Origin: Gammaproteobacteria bacterium
GTDB taxonomy: Bacteria; Pseudomonadota; Gammaproteobacteria; JBCCGL01
Assembly (NCBI GenBank): GCA_965277715.1
Contig: OZ255836.1
Location: 2,528,001 to 2,592,000 of the forward strand
Length of the DNA stretch: 64,000 bases
Direction: 5' to 3'
A program made the translations under genes and the position numbers. Below the pieces are notes generated by a model, which saw only the letters and a program-made list of their open reading frames with translations, was not told the origin of the DNA and made no database searches. The first letter of the stretch is position 1. Every line of letters begins with the position of its first letter. Positions 51,066 through 63,305 of this stretch are shown piece after piece.

Positions 51066-52001
51066 CTAACGGTTTGTCTTTGAGCGAATCGCAAGAATCC
51101 CCGCAAATACGATTAGGCACATGCCAGCCGCGCCAATGGCATTTGGAATCTCTTGAAACAAGATTATTCCCCAAAAAACGGCAAACGCCACGTAAGCAAA
51201 ATCAAACGTCGCGATTGTGGCGGGCGTGCCATTTTGGTAGGCATACGCGGCCCCTACACTCCCTATCAATATTGCCACCGAGAGAACACCAATCACCACC
51301 CACCCCTCAATGCCCATCGCTGACCAGGGACCGATAAGGAACTTCTGCCCTCCAGCCACCTCTGGATTTTGCTGAACCAACATCAGCGCCAGGGTAGCTA
51401 CTGCACCAGTGAATAACATTGTGAGGTTCAGCCAGAGAGAAAGCACGAGGACATTCTCCGATTTGCAACGGGATCGGGTGAGTATCATGGCCAGGGCATA
51501 CAAAATAGCGGACAAAACGGGAAGAACGGCATACCAGTTGAAATCATCGATTCGCGGCTGAAGCACCATAAAAACGCCAACAAACCCAAGCGCGATTGCC
51601 AGCCATCCAGATCTGCCGATAGTGTCACCAAGAAACACGGCGGCGAAGAGCGTGATGAACAGCGGTAGCGTGTAGTATGCCGCTGCCGCTACAGATAAAT
51701 TAATGTGAGGAAGTGCGGCATAATAGGCAACCCACATTAGCGTCAGCATCACACTTCGCAACACCGTCCACCAAAAATACTGGGGTCGGACTGATGCTTG
51801 CCATCGACTGGATTTGAGTGTCACAACGAGAATAGGCACAACGATCACAGAGCGCAGAAAGAAAATTTGCCAGAGTGTAAAATTGGCACTGGCTCCCTTA
51901 ATAATTGCATCCCCAAACGCCAGTGCGAGCACAGTAAAGATAATCACAACAACTGCGGAACGCGTCCTATCTGGTGCCTGCCTTGTTTCAGTATTCATCA
52001 T
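51066..52001 (-). CDS. DMT/EamA-family transporter
   Basis: About 10 TM helices, PLFITLFAA..LG, GFVGV...QP. Confidence 0.9.
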   Translation of the reverse strand: MMNTETRQAPDRTRSAVVVIIFTVLALAFGDAIIKGASANFTLWQIFFLRSVIVVPILVVTLKSSRWQASVRPQYFWWTVLRSVMLTLMWVAYYAALPHINLSVAAAAYYTLPLFITLFAAVFLGDTIGRSGWLAIALGFVGVFMVLQPRIDDFNWYAVLPVLSAILYALAMILTRSRCKSENVLVLSLWLNLTMLFTGAVATLALMLVQQNPEVAGGQKFLIGPWSAMGIEGWVVIGVLSVAILIGSVGAAYAYQNGTPATIATFDFAYVAFAVFWGIILFQEIPNAIGAAGMCLIVFAGILAIRSKTNR

Positions 52002-52115
52002 AAATGCTTGTTATCAGCTCGTAAAAAACAGTGCAAACATTAAAAAGTAATATTTGTAACTTATGGCGGCTTGCGTGCACGTTCCTAAAAGGCACACGAA
52101 GCCCTGTAGGCCAAT

Positions 52116-53036
52116 TCACTCCCGATCTTTCTCACGCTGTCGCGCCAAGGCCTCACGGTGCAATAAATACAAACCACTCACCACAATAATCAACATGCCG
52201 GAAAACGTCGCAATACTGGGAATATCACCCCACACCAAAAACCCTAAGACCACTGCCCATACCATCGCCGAGTATTCATAGGGCGCAATAGCACCCACCG
52301 GTGCCAGGCTAAACGCATGAGTGAGCGCAAAGTGCCCCAATAGTGCCAGCGCGGCGAATACCATCATAAACAACAGAATATCAGCGGGCATCGCCTGCCA
52401 CTGCCAGGGCAGCGTTGCACTGCATAACACCAGCACGACCAGGTTGTAGTAAAACACCAGTGAAAAAGTCGACTCGGTGCGTGAAAGCCAGCGCCCACTC
52501 AGTATAAAAATGGAATAGGCGATGCTGGCCAGCAATACGTAAATGGTTTCGATACGAAATGTATCCACCCCCGGCTGGGTGATGATCAATACACCGATAA
52601 ACCCCACGACGACACTACCCCAGCGGTGTTTGCCAACCTGCTCGCCCAACCACAGGGCTGACAGTGCGGTCATAATAAACGTGGAGCTGAAAAATAACGC
52701 CACGGCGTCGGCCAGCGGCAGGCTTTTCAGTGAATAAAAAAATAAGAGCGGCGCGCAAACGCCAATCACGCCACGGGTGAGATGAGCGGGCAGGCGCTGT
52801 GTGCGGATAGCGCTAAAGCCACCCTGCCAATAAGACATAAGCAAGAACACTGGCATACTGATCCAGCTACGCACCGCGAGCAATTGCAGGGGGGAATAGG
52901 TGCCGGTGACCAACCATTTGACCAGCGCATCCATCACCGACAGGGCAAACACACCGACGGTAATAAGCAATATGCCGGTGAGTACCGGGTTGCGGGGTGA
53001 TTTTTTATTCGCTGCGAGTGGGTCCAGTTCTATCAC
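52116..53036 (-). CDS. DMT/EamA-family transporter
   Basis: About 10 TM helices, LGEQVG.HRW, APYEY. Confidence 0.9.
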   Translation of the reverse strand: MIELDPLAANKKSPRNPVLTGILLITVGVFALSVMDALVKWLVTGTYSPLQLLAVRSWISMPVFLLMSYWQGGFSAIRTQRLPAHLTRGVIGVCAPLLFFYSLKSLPLADAVALFFSSTFIMTALSALWLGEQVGKHRWGSVVVGFIGVLIITQPGVDTFRIETIYVLLASIAYSIFILSGRWLSRTESTFSLVFYYNLVVLVLCSATLPWQWQAMPADILLFMMVFAALALLGHFALTHAFSLAPVGAIAPYEYSAMVWAVVLGFLVWGDIPSIATFSGMLIIVVSGLYLLHREALARQREKDRE

Positions 53037-53849
53037 TTAGCGCAGCACCTGGATAACTGGGCGCGTGTCCGGGTGCTGTCCACGCCATAAATAAAATGCC
53101 GCCGCCGCCTGCTCGACCAACATGCCAAGCCCGTCGAGCGCCAGGCGTGCCCCGGCGCGCTCACCCCACTGTACAAACGCGGTGGGGGTGTGGCTGTACA
53201 CCATATCGTAAGTGACACCACCCTGGCATAACAGACTGGCCGCGATGGGCGGCACATCACCCTGAAGACCTGCCGATGTGCCGTTGATGATCAAATCGAA
53301 CGGCGGTTTTTCCAGCTCATCAAAACCGCACCCCTGAATAACACCCAGATCGGCAAAGTCGTCTGCCAATGCGTGCGCCTTGCCTGGGGTGCGGTTGGCG
53401 ATTACTACACAAGCGGGGTTTTCTGCCAGCAACGGCGCCAGTACCCCACGCACCGCACCACCGGCACCTAATACCAGCACGCGTTTTTGTAACAGGGTCA
53501 CCGCGTGATTTTGCACCAGGTCAGCCAGCAGGCCCACGCCGTCGGTGTTATCGCCATAGCATGAGCCGTTTTCTTTTATCATAAGCGTATTAACCGCCCC
53601 CGCCCGCGTTGCCCGCCCGCTCATCGCATCACAGTATAGAAAAGCATCCTGCTTAAACGGTACGGTGACATTGGCACCGCGAACACCGCTCTCAACCAGC
53701 CCGGTAAATGCGCTGGCAAATTCACCCAAAGGCGCCTGAAACCGTTCGTAGCACATTGTTTGATCGGTTTGTTGGGCAAACTGGTGGTGAATCTCAGGGG
53801 ATTTACTGTGCGCAATGGGATTGCCGATAACGTAGTATTGATCTGTCAT
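53037..53849 (-). CDS. aroE: Shikimate dehydrogenase
   Basis: GNPIAHSKSP.IH, NVTVPFK, NTDG.G, GAGGA, GMLVEQAA. Confidence 0.97.
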   Translation of the reverse strand: MTDQYYVIGNPIAHSKSPEIHHQFAQQTDQTMCYERFQAPLGEFASAFTGLVESGVRGANVTVPFKQDAFLYCDAMSGRATRAGAVNTLMIKENGSCYGDNTDGVGLLADLVQNHAVTLLQKRVLVLGAGGAVRGVLAPLLAENPACVVIANRTPGKAHALADDFADLGVIQGCGFDELEKPPFDLIINGTSAGLQGDVPPIAASLLCQGGVTYDMVYSHTPTAFVQWGERAGARLALDGLGMLVEQAAAAFYLWRGQHPDTRPVIQVLR

Positions 53850-53939
53850 AGTAATCTGTAGTGAAAATTGAGAGGAGCGACGGGGTACTGGTGAAGTTAA
53901 TCACACGGGCGCTGATTAATTTAGGATAATACACCATAA

Positions 53940-54986
<1,047 letters not shown>

Positions 54987-55002
54987 GCCGACCTGTGTCG
55001 CC

Positions 55003-56145
55003 CTATTTTACGTCACGATAACGCATGATATGTCCGTCGATGGCCGCCAACCCCGCATCCAGCCCGGTGCGGCCAAAGCCGAGGCGAAAACGATCGGTGG
55101 GGGTTGCACCAAGATCTGAACGGTAAATGGTGCTGGGTAATAACAAAACACCGCTCTTCTCTACCAGAGACCGTGTAAATTGTTCAACACCTTCAGCCCC
55201 TTTATAGCGTGGGAAGGCCATGCAGGAACCCGCAGGCCGTTGCCAGTCAAATAAGTCGGGGTAGCGGGCAAAAAACGCATCCCACTTGGGCAGGTTTTCA
55301 TCGACAATCGCGCAGCTTCGTGCCAGCAGTGTTGCACGATTGTTTAGCGCGATTTTTGTGAGCCTTTCACTCGGGCCGGCGCTGCATATCGACAGGTAGT
55401 GCTTCATGCGTTCCATCTTTGCAATGACATCGCGATCCTTGCAGGCGATCCAGCCTATTCGAAGCCCGGGCAGGCCGTAGGATTTTGACATGACATTAAG
55501 CGATAAACCCCGCTCATAAATATCGGCGATAAACGGCAGGTGTTTTGTGCCCGTTGGACCTAAGCCATTGAATATTTCGTCATGCAGGATGTAGATGCCG
55601 TGCTTTCGGCATAAATCGACCAGCGCGTGGTAGCGGTCAAGCGACAAAATTGCACCGGTTGGGTTGTGTGGAAAGTTGATGGTGACCAGTTTTGTATTCG
55701 CTCTTATGGCAGCGGCTACCTGGTCGATATCCAGCGACCAGTTATCGTCTGGGTTTAAAGGCACCCCTGTCGCCTCGCAGATCGCCACAGGTAATGTCTC
55801 GTGAGACTGGTAGTTGGGTGTCACGACAATGGCGTGGCTGTCCTTTTCCAGGAGGACGGTATTGGCCGCAAAAATACCTTCACTGGCACCTGCAAAGCAC
55901 AGAATATCGTCGACAGTGCGGTGTTTATAGGTGGAGGCAATGGTTTCACGCAGGTCTAAGGCACCAAACGTTTCGGTATAGCCAAGCCACATATTGTCGA
56001 ATTCTGCGCGCTCTTCGGGGGTCGCCATTGCCAGCAGATCGCGCATCGTCATGCTCTCTGCATCGGAGGCTGTCATGTGGTGGCGCGCCTTAAATTCCCA
56101 TTTTGAGAAATGGGTTTCGAGTTTAAATTCGGGTAATGTTGTCAT
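55003..56145 (-). CDS. Class I/II PLP-dependent aminotransferase
   Basis: NFPHNPTG, DE, MSKSYGLPGLRIGW. Confidence 0.9.
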   Translation of the reverse strand: MTTLPEFKLETHFSKWEFKARHHMTASDAESMTMRDLLAMATPEERAEFDNMWLGYTETFGALDLRETIASTYKHRTVDDILCFAGASEGIFAANTVLLEKDSHAIVVTPNYQSHETLPVAICEATGVPLNPDDNWSLDIDQVAAAIRANTKLVTINFPHNPTGAILSLDRYHALVDLCRKHGIYILHDEIFNGLGPTGTKHLPFIADIYERGLSLNVMSKSYGLPGLRIGWIACKDRDVIAKMERMKHYLSICSAGPSERLTKIALNNRATLLARSCAIVDENLPKWDAFFARYPDLFDWQRPAGSCMAFPRYKGAEGVEQFTRSLVEKSGVLLLPSTIYRSDLGATPTDRFRLGFGRTGLDAGLAAIDGHIMRYRDVK

Positions 56146-56456
56146 ACGAGTGTTTTCTGGTAGCGGTGAGTGGTGCCTTGGGCAATTGCTGACAAGGTAT
56201 CTCCCTGCGCAGACGCTTTGAACAAGCCAAAGCTGGCAGTAATGTCATCTTTAACAGACCCCAGCGTTGTCTTGTTCCCGTTAGGGTCAAAGTGGGCTTG
56301 GTTATCTTCTGTAAGCTCCGATGCCTTGTGGATCGACGCCGGGAGGGTGATTTGCCCATTAGCGGTGTGCATGAAGGAATACCAATATAAAAAAGTGTAT
56401 TAGAATCGTTGAACAGTAATACCATAGAACAGCAAGGTCTACCTATTCATCACCTA

Positions 56457-59400
56457 TTACCCCGCACTTTTCCCTTCCATACTTTGCTCTAGATCCAATA
56501 ACAAATCCTCAATTCGCTCGCGGTAACCTCGCTCGTCATGCCACAAATCCCGCTGTATGGCCTCTAGCAAGCGCTCCCCCATTTCACGCAGGGCATCGGG
56601 GTTGTGTTGTTCGAGGAAGGCGCGGGACTGTGCGTCAAATAAATAGGCATCGCTGACCATTTCGTATTGGTAGCCCTCGACCAGTTGTGTGGTGGCATCG
56701 TAGGCAAACAGATAGTCGACGGTGGCGGCCATTTCAAATGCGCCTTTGTAGCCGTGCTGTTGAATGGATGCCAGCCATTTGGGGTTGACTACCCGTGAGC
56801 GAATAACGCGTTGCAGTTCCTCTTTCAGGGTGCGAATTTTTGGTGCGGCCGGGTTGGCGTGGTCGCCCAGGTAAGTGACAGGCGCAGCGCCGGAGGCGAC
56901 TTTAACGGCGTTGTGCAGGCCGCCCTGGAACTGGTAATAATCGTCTGAATCGAGGATGTCATGCTCCCGGTTGTCCTGGTTTTGCAGCACAACTTGCAGG
57001 CTGCCAAGGCGCTGCCCGAAAGTATCGTGCGCGGCTTCCCCCGCAGCCTGTTTACCGTAGGCGTAACCACTCCAGTTGCGGTAGGCGCGGGCCAGGTCGG
57101 CCTCGTCATCCCAGTTGCGCTCGTCGATCAGGCCTTGTAAACCGGCGCCATAAGCACCGGGCTTGGAGCCGAATACCCGCCAGCCTGCGTTGTGCCGGGC
57201 TATATCGGCGGGTACTCCCTGGGCTATTGCCTGCTGGGTCTCCTGTTGTATCCGGGCGCGCAGCGGGTTGATGGTGGCTGGTTCGTCCAGCTCGGCGACT
57301 GCCTGCACGGCGCTATCGAACAGGGTGACTACGTTGAAAAATGCATCGCGGAAGAAGCCGGAGATACGCAGCGTAACGTCGATGCGTGGCCGATCCAGCA
57401 GGCTCGCCGGGATGACTTCAAAGCCACTGACCCGCCCTGAACCAACCGCCCACACTGGCCGCACACCCAGTAGCGCCATCGCCTGGGCAATGTCGTCCCC
57501 CCCGGTGCGCATGGTGGCAGTGCCCCAGACAGACAGGCCGAGGGTTTGGGGGTAGTCGCCGTGGTCTTGCAGGTGGCGAACCAATAAAGCCTCTGCGGAC
57601 AGTCGGCCAAGCTGCCAGGCCGCAACGGTGGGGATGGCACGGGTGTCCACCGAGAAGAAGTTGCGCCCGGTGGGCAGCACATCGAGCCGCCCTCGGGTGG
57701 GCGCGCCGCTGGCACCGGGGGGGACAAACCGACCCGCCAGGCCGCGCAGGGTCTGGCGAATTTCCTCATCACCGCAGGCGTCCAGTTGCGGTGCGACGGT
57801 CTGTTTTAGCCCGGCGAGTACAGCGACTGTTTTTGGCAACCCATCGGGGCTGATCACTGCATCGATCAACTGTTTTGCCAGTTGCTCCAGCCGTTCCCGG
57901 GTGTCCCCAGTGCTGCGCCATACCTGTGAATCGAGCGTCGCCAACAAGGCGGGTTTAGTACCCCACCAGGGTGTGGCGGGGTCGTGTTCCAGTGGGTTGT
58001 AGCCCTCTGCGAGTTGCAGGTCGTCGGCGATGGCCTGCAGTAGGCTGGCATCGCTATCGCGCTCATTGCCACGCGGTAGACGCAGCATCGCGGCGAGGGT
58101 GTCGGTACGTGCTTCGCCCTGTGGTGAGCGGCCAAATATGTGCAGGCCGCTGCGAATTTGCGATTCTTTCAGCTCGCACAAATAGGCGTCGAGCCTGACC
58201 AGGGTAGTGGTATCGTCACTCCTGTCATCAACCCCCAGCTCGGTGTGGAGCTGGCTTTCACGGGTGCGACTGATGATTTGCTGTTGCAGGTAATCGGCGC
58301 GGCGTTTATCCAGGCCCAGCGCCTGGTAGTACTCATCCAGCAGGGCTTCAATAGCCTGTAACTCACCGTAAGTTTCCGCCCGTGTCATTGCCGGTGTTAA
58401 GTGGTCGATGATCACCGCCTGGGCGCGGCGTTTGGCCTGCGCACCCTCGCCGGGATCATTGACGATAAACGGATACAGATGTGGCATGGGGCCAAGGGCT
58501 ATTTCTGGCCAGCAGTGTTTTGACAGGGCCAGCCCTTTGCCCGGCAGCCATTCGAGGTTACCGTGTTTGCCAACGTGCACAATAGCGTCACTGGCCCAGT
58601 GTTCACGCAGCCAAAAGTAAAACGCCAGGTAGGCGTGCGGGGGCACCAGATCCGGGTCGTGGTAGCTGGCGGAGACATCGATATTGTAGCCACGCGTCGG
58701 CTGGATGCCGATAAAGACATTGCCGCAACGCAGGCCCGGTATCATGATTCGCCCATCGCGTACCTTGGGGTCGCTGGCGGGTTCACCCCAGCGTGCCAGC
58801 ACGGCCCGCCGGTTTTCTTCTGGCAAACAGGCGAAGTAATCACTGTAGTCATCCAGCGATAGGCTTTGCAGGGCGGGGCGGGCGTCTTGGGTGTCGATGT
58901 TATTGGTGACCGAGGCCAGCAGTGCGCGCACGAGTGCACTGCCGTCTTCGACCAGGTTTTCAACCAGGCCTTCAGCCTCGACGCCAAGCTGACCATCGAT
59001 GGGCTTTCCCAGGGTGTAACCGCCTTCACGCAGCGCCTGTAAGAGTGCAATTATCGAAGCGGGGGTATCCAGCCCCACACCGTTGCCGAGTCGACCATCT
59101 TTGCCGGGGTAGTTGGCGAGCAGCAGCGCGATGCGTTTTTCGGCGTTATCACGCTGCGCGAGGCGCGCCCAGCGTGCGGTTAGCTCGGCGACAAAAGCGG
59201 CACGATCCGGTTGTAAAACATAGGCGACCACGTCGGTTTCGCTACGCCCGGCCCGGCGTACAAAGCCCTTAAAACTCACCGCACGGGTGATGATACGGCC
59301 ATCCATCTCGGGCAGCGCGACATTCATCGCCATATCTGCCGCCCGCAGGCCACCGCTGTTTTCCTGCCAATCTTCAACGCTGCTACCCGCCAACATGACC

Positions 59401-60341
59401 TGCAAAACCGGCACATCAGCGGAGAAGGTGGCACGGTTTCCTTGGTCATTGGCCGACGCTATAGCAAAGCCGGTGGTGTTCAGGATGACACTCACGCCGG
59501 CCTGCTCACAAAGTTGATTGACCACTTGCATACAATGCGCATCCTTGAGTGACGCCGTGGCGATGGGAAGTGGGTTAATCCCCGCCACTTGCAAGGCTTC
59601 GATCAGTCCATCCATCGCCTGTGTGTTGAGTGACTGCAAATGCGCCCGGTAAAAAATCAGCGCGGCGACGGGCGCGTTTGCCCGTCCTGCATCTACCGCT
59701 GCATCTACCTGTCTCGCACCTACCTGCCCGGCATTTACCTGCCAGTCCTGTTGCCAGCGGGATAGATCGGCATCGCCGGTCTGGGGGTGGTAGAGCTGGG
59801 TGCGGGGCAGTGGGCGCGGGGGTGCGGCTTCTGTCCCGGTTGAACAGACAGTGGGGAAAAAATGCTGCGCGATAAAAGTAAAGAGATTGACCACGTTGCG
59901 CGGGCCACCTTCACGGATATAGCGCCATATTGGCTCCGCAAAACCGGGCTTAACGTTACCGGCTGCCAGCAGGCTGGCATCGGGCTGGTCATCACCCGGC
60001 ATCAACACCAGCTCAATTTTCCCGGCCTGTGACAGGGCCAATAACTGCTCGCTTTGGTAGCGCCAATACGCCCGGCCACCGAGCAGCGAGACGATTACTA
60101 ACGTGGCGTGGCGGATCACCTCATCCACGTATAAATCCATCGCGGCGGGCTGTTTCAGGTACACAAGGTTCGCCAGGCGCACACGCGGATAATCTGCCGG
60201 GAGTGTTTCAACACAGTTGGCGAGCAGTGCGAGGTCGGTATCCTGGGCGGAGAGAAAGACAATATCCCCCGGTGTCTGGCCGAGTGAGACGATGCCCTCC
60301 TCTTCGGCGTTGCCACCGGGGGTGGCGGCTAATAAGTGCAT
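56457..60341 (-). CDS. cobN: Cobaltochelatase large subunit
   Basis: MHLLAA start, GKHGNLEWLPGK, NDPGEG.QAKRR, LPTGRNF, HGYKGA. Confidence 0.95.
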   Translation of the reverse strand: MHLLAATPGGNAEEEGIVSLGQTPGDIVFLSAQDTDLALLANCVETLPADYPRVRLANLVYLKQPAAMDLYVDEVIRHATLVIVSLLGGRAYWRYQSEQLLALSQAGKIELVLMPGDDQPDASLLAAGNVKPGFAEPIWRYIREGGPRNVVNLFTFIAQHFFPTVCSTGTEAAPPRPLPRTQLYHPQTGDADLSRWQQDWQVNAGQVGARQVDAAVDAGRANAPVAALIFYRAHLQSLNTQAMDGLIEALQVAGINPLPIATASLKDAHCMQVVNQLCEQAGVSVILNTTGFAIASANDQGNRATFSADVPVLQVMLAGSSVEDWQENSGGLRAADMAMNVALPEMDGRIITRAVSFKGFVRRAGRSETDVVAYVLQPDRAAFVAELTARWARLAQRDNAEKRIALLLANYPGKDGRLGNGVGLDTPASIIALLQALREGGYTLGKPIDGQLGVEAEGLVENLVEDGSALVRALLASVTNNIDTQDARPALQSLSLDDYSDYFACLPEENRRAVLARWGEPASDPKVRDGRIMIPGLRCGNVFIGIQPTRGYNIDVSASYHDPDLVPPHAYLAFYFWLREHWASDAIVHVGKHGNLEWLPGKGLALSKHCWPEIALGPMPHLYPFIVNDPGEGAQAKRRAQAVIIDHLTPAMTRAETYGELQAIEALLDEYYQALGLDKRRADYLQQQIISRTRESQLHTELGVDDRSDDTTTLVRLDAYLCELKESQIRSGLHIFGRSPQGEARTDTLAAMLRLPRGNERDSDASLLQAIADDLQLAEGYNPLEHDPATPWWGTKPALLATLDSQVWRSTGDTRERLEQLAKQLIDAVISPDGLPKTVAVLAGLKQTVAPQLDACGDEEIRQTLRGLAGRFVPPGASGAPTRGRLDVLPTGRNFFSVDTRAIPTVAAWQLGRLSAEALLVRHLQDHGDYPQTLGLSVWGTATMRTGGDDIAQAMALLGVRPVWAVGSGRVSGFEVIPASLLDRPRIDVTLRISGFFRDAFFNVVTLFDSAVQAVAELDEPATINPLRARIQQETQQAIAQGVPADIARHNAGWRVFGSKPGAYGAGLQGLIDERNWDDEADLARAYRNWSGYAYGKQAAGEAAHDTFGQRLGSLQVVLQNQDNREHDILDSDDYYQFQGGLHNAVKVASGAAPVTYLGDHANPAAPKIRTLKEELQRVIRSRVVNPKWLASIQQHGYKGAFEMAATVDYLFAYDATTQLVEGYQYEMVSDAYLFDAQSRAFLEQHNPDALREMGERLLEAIQRDLWHDERGYRERIEDLLLDLEQSMEGKSAG

Positions 60342-60403
60342 AGTGGAGTGTGTGCCATGAGTGTTTGCGTACGGGGAAAAGCCGTGATAACTGTTTATTT
60401 CAA

Positions 60404-60441
60404 ACACAAAAAAGCCGACATAAACGTCGGCTTTTTTGTGT
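60404..60441. terminator. rpsT terminator hairpin
   Basis: ACACAAAAAAGCCGAC-ATAAAC-GTCGGCTTTTTTGTGT. Confidence 0.85.
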
Positions 60442-60456
60442 AGTGTTTACGCTGCG

Positions 60457-60717
60457 TCACATCGCGTGCAGTTGCGTATTCAATCGGCTTTTATGGCGTG
60501 CCGCTTTATTCTTGTGGATTAGTCCCTTGCGTGACATACCATCGATAATCGGTACAGCCGCTTTATACGCTGCTGCCGCTTCTTCTTTGTTGTTAGCTTC
60601 GATAGCGTAACCAACTTTTTTAATCGCCGTTCGCAGCATTGACCGCAGGCTGGCGTTGTGCTGGCGGCTTTTTTCGGCCTGTTTGGCGCGTTTTCTGGCT
60701 TGGGGGGAGTTTGCCAC
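60457..60717 (-). CDS. rpsT: 30S ribosomal protein S20
   Basis: [32 protein letters not shown]; GTG start with CAGGAG RBS. Confidence 0.97.
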   Translation of the reverse strand: MANSPQARKRAKQAEKSRQHNASLRSMLRTAIKKVGYAIEANNKEEAAAAYKAAVPIIDGMSRKGLIHKNKAARHKSRLNTQLHAM

Positions 60718-61022
60718 GCTACACGTCTCCTGTAGTGGGGTTAAATTTGGAAAGCCGCGCATTATCTTTTTACTGGGGCGGCGTGTCAATCATACATTGT
60801 AGTATTTTTTAGTGCTCTTGTGCCATAGACACCCAATTGCGGTAGTGTTTGGTCATTGCAGGCAGCAAGGGGGCATATTGTTGCCAACTGTTGCGATAGA
60901 GAGATTCACCAGAACGTCTGTAGTGGATAACATCACGACTGTGTTTGGGCTTGAAACGTGGCTATAGTGTATGTAACACCCAGTGCTGACATCAGCCTGC
61001 GATCACATAAGGAACGTTCAGA

Positions 61023-62105
61023 ATGAAATATAAAAAACGCTTATTCCTGTTATTTTCTATCCTTTTCACACCAATACTGGCGCTGTGCCTGTGGTGGTAC
61101 TGGCCCGGTGAGCAATCGCAGCCTTCTGAGAGCACACAATACGTCGACATGCACCTGCACACAGCGGGGCTGGGCTATGGCGGCAGTGGTGCATTTATCA
61201 GTCAAAGCATGCGGGACAGTTATAAGTTTCCCGTTTACCTGTGGGCGATGGACACCACTGAGGAAGCGCTTCGTGTGCACGGTGACGCTATCGTGATCAA
61301 AAAAATCGCTGCTAAAATTGCCCGGTCGCAGCGAGTGGCCAAAGGTGTCGTGTTGGCGTTGGATGGTGTCATTACTGACGGTGATCTCGACCCTTCACTG
61401 ACGCAGCTTTACGTACCGAACGCATTTATCGCCCGTGAAGTCGGCAAGTACGACAATCTGTTATACGGCGCGAGTATCAACCCCAAGCGACCAGACGCTA
61501 TCGAACGGCTCAGGCGCGCCAAACGCCAGGGTGCGGTGCTGGTGAAGTGGCTGCCCAATATCATGCACTTTGACCCCGGCGATCCGGCGTTCAGTGATTT
61601 TTATCGGGAAATGGTGCGCTTAAAGCTGCCGCTACTCAGCCATGCCGGGCAGGAACGCGCTTTTGCTGGCGCCATTGACCGCTACGGCGATCCCCGCAGG
61701 CTCAAGCTACCACTCGAACTGGGGGTTACCGTGATCGCGGCGCATATCGCCACTACCGGCGAGAGCGAAGGCGAGGGCAACTACCAACGCATCCAGTCGA
61801 TGTTCGCTGAATACCCCAATTTATATACGGATATCTCCAGCCTAACGCAGGCTAATAAACGCGGTTACCTGCGCGACGCGCTGGAAAATGGTGGCTTTGT
61901 TGATCGGCTCATCTACGGCACCGATTGGCCGCTGCAATTTTCGCTCCTGGTGTCACCCGTGTATCAACTTGACCACCTTACGCCTCAACAGGCCAAGGCA
62001 ATTGCCCGGATCGCCAATCAGTGGGATCGCGACGTAGCACTAAAGGAAGCGATGGGAGTGCCCAAGGTAGTGTTCGAGCGCAGCGCGGCAGTGCTCGGTT
62101 TGTGA
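61023..62105 (+). CDS. Amidohydrolase-family protein
   Basis: D.HLH, KWLP, LLSH.G.E, IAAH, YGTDWP; N-terminal anchor. Confidence 0.88.
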   Translation: MKYKKRLFLLFSILFTPILALCLWWYWPGEQSQPSESTQYVDMHLHTAGLGYGGSGAFISQSMRDSYKFPVYLWAMDTTEEALRVHGDAIVIKKIAAKIARSQRVAKGVVLALDGVITDGDLDPSLTQLYVPNAFIAREVGKYDNLLYGASINPKRPDAIERLRRAKRQGAVLVKWLPNIMHFDPGDPAFSDFYREMVRLKLPLLSHAGQERAFAGAIDRYGDPRRLKLPLELGVTVIAAHIATTGESEGEGNYQRIQSMFAEYPNLYTDISSLTQANKRGYLRDALENGGFVDRLIYGTDWPLQFSLLVSPVYQLDHLTPQQAKAIARIANQWDRDVALKEAMGVPKVVFERSAAVLGL

Positions 62106-62181
62106 GTCGGGGAATTAAGTGATATGTTGACAACAATATTAAAAATTAGTAGCTTGTGCACGACTATTAGGAAGAAAAATA

Positions 62182-62616
62182 ATGCGTTTCTCAACTGTTT
62201 TTATACTACTTATTGCGCTATGCACTACAGCTTGTACCACAATTCAAGTTACTCCTTTAGAGCCTTCTCTGGCAATATCGAAAGTCTGCATTGAAGTAAA
62301 TAGCAAAGTCATTGTCGGCGATTTTTTACCTGTTATTACCTCGGGGTTTAAAAGGCATGACATATCGACCGAAATCTACGCGAGCGTACCGGATGATGAA
62401 TGCGAAGTAATATTGACTTACACCGCATTGCAGTCTTGGGACCTTACACCCTTCCTGTCGCATGCAGAACTGTGGCTAAACGACAGAAGCGGCAATCAGA
62501 TTGCTTATGCTAAATTTCATTTGGAAGCTAAAGGTGGCTTTGATTTTTCTAAATGGGATAGCACTGAGGAGAAAATGAACCCCGTTATAGACCAGCTACT
62601 CGCAGGCTATAAGTAG
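62182..62616 (+). CDS. Sbal_3080-like lipoprotein
   Basis: TTAC lipobox, CI..N.KV, Y.A..SWD..P.L. Confidence 0.75.
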   Translation: MRFSTVFILLIALCTTACTTIQVTPLEPSLAISKVCIEVNSKVIVGDFLPVITSGFKRHDISTEIYASVPDDECEVILTYTALQSWDLTPFLSHAELWLNDRSGNQIAYAKFHLEAKGGFDFSKWDSTEEKMNPVIDQLLAGYK

Positions 62617-62774
62617 CAACCTGATACCTCAATAAATGTATTTTTAACATGCTTTCCATATGAGTTTCATATTCAAATTTTTTATGTGGGAAAAGCCGGA
62701 AAATTTATAAACTTCAGTACGAGTGAATAGCAGTTTGGGCAAAAATCAAACAGTTTGAGTTGTTTGTGGTAGCT

Positions 62775-62892
62775 TAAGAACGTGCACAAAATAACTTCCG
62801 GGGTTTGCAGATATATCGATTTACCTTATAGCTGAGTTGACTGAGTGTGTCATTAACACATAGCGCATTATTTAAATAACATTAAAGAACCG
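62775..62892. repeat. MITE-like element lacking its right terminus
   Basis: AAGAACGTGCACAAAATAACTTCCG terminus; internal similarity to 50862-50932. Confidence 0.55.
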
Positions 62893-63280
62893 TCTGACGC
62901 TGCCCCTTCGCTCCACGTTCATTACAAACGCTTCATCACTACTACGAACAGCTCCGCCCCAGTGCTGTGCTTCGATACGCTCATACTTACCATTTTTGCG
63001 ATTTGTATTTCTCTCTTTGCATCACAACGACTGGTTCCCGCAGTTCCCATAAAAAGCCTGATACACAGCCACGTACACTGTATGCCGGACACCGCCTGCG
63101 CCGCATTCGGCATTCACGCACAGAACTTATCCCAGTTCTACCTCCCGCTCCTGGTTCTGATGTCTTGTCAACTTGGTTTCGACACGTCAACACGTATTCG
63201 GGTTTACTCGTCTCTCATCTATCTTACCTACCAATGTTCTTGCATTGACTTTTCCCCAATGCTCACCACCTACGCTTTTG
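62893..63280 (-). mobile_element. Group II intron fragment (part of domains I-III; no RT ORF, no domains V/VI)
   Basis: Minus strand GGGGCGGAGCTGTTCGTAGTAGTGATGAAGCGTTTGTAATGAACGTGGAGCGAAGGGGC (domain III pattern), plus GGAACTGCGGGAACCAGTCG and GGCGGTGTCCGGCATA typical of IIB-type introns. Confidence 0.75.
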
Positions 63281-63305
63281 CATGTTGCCAGGGCGAACGA
63301 CACAC

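Noticed and set aside
56142-56372. 76-aa ORF upstream of the aminotransferase
   Set aside because: No recognisable motif; could be a remnant but cannot be supported
60342-60456. Cobalamin riboswitch before cobN
   Set aside because: Only ~60 nt lie between the rpsT terminator and the ATG; no B12-box seen
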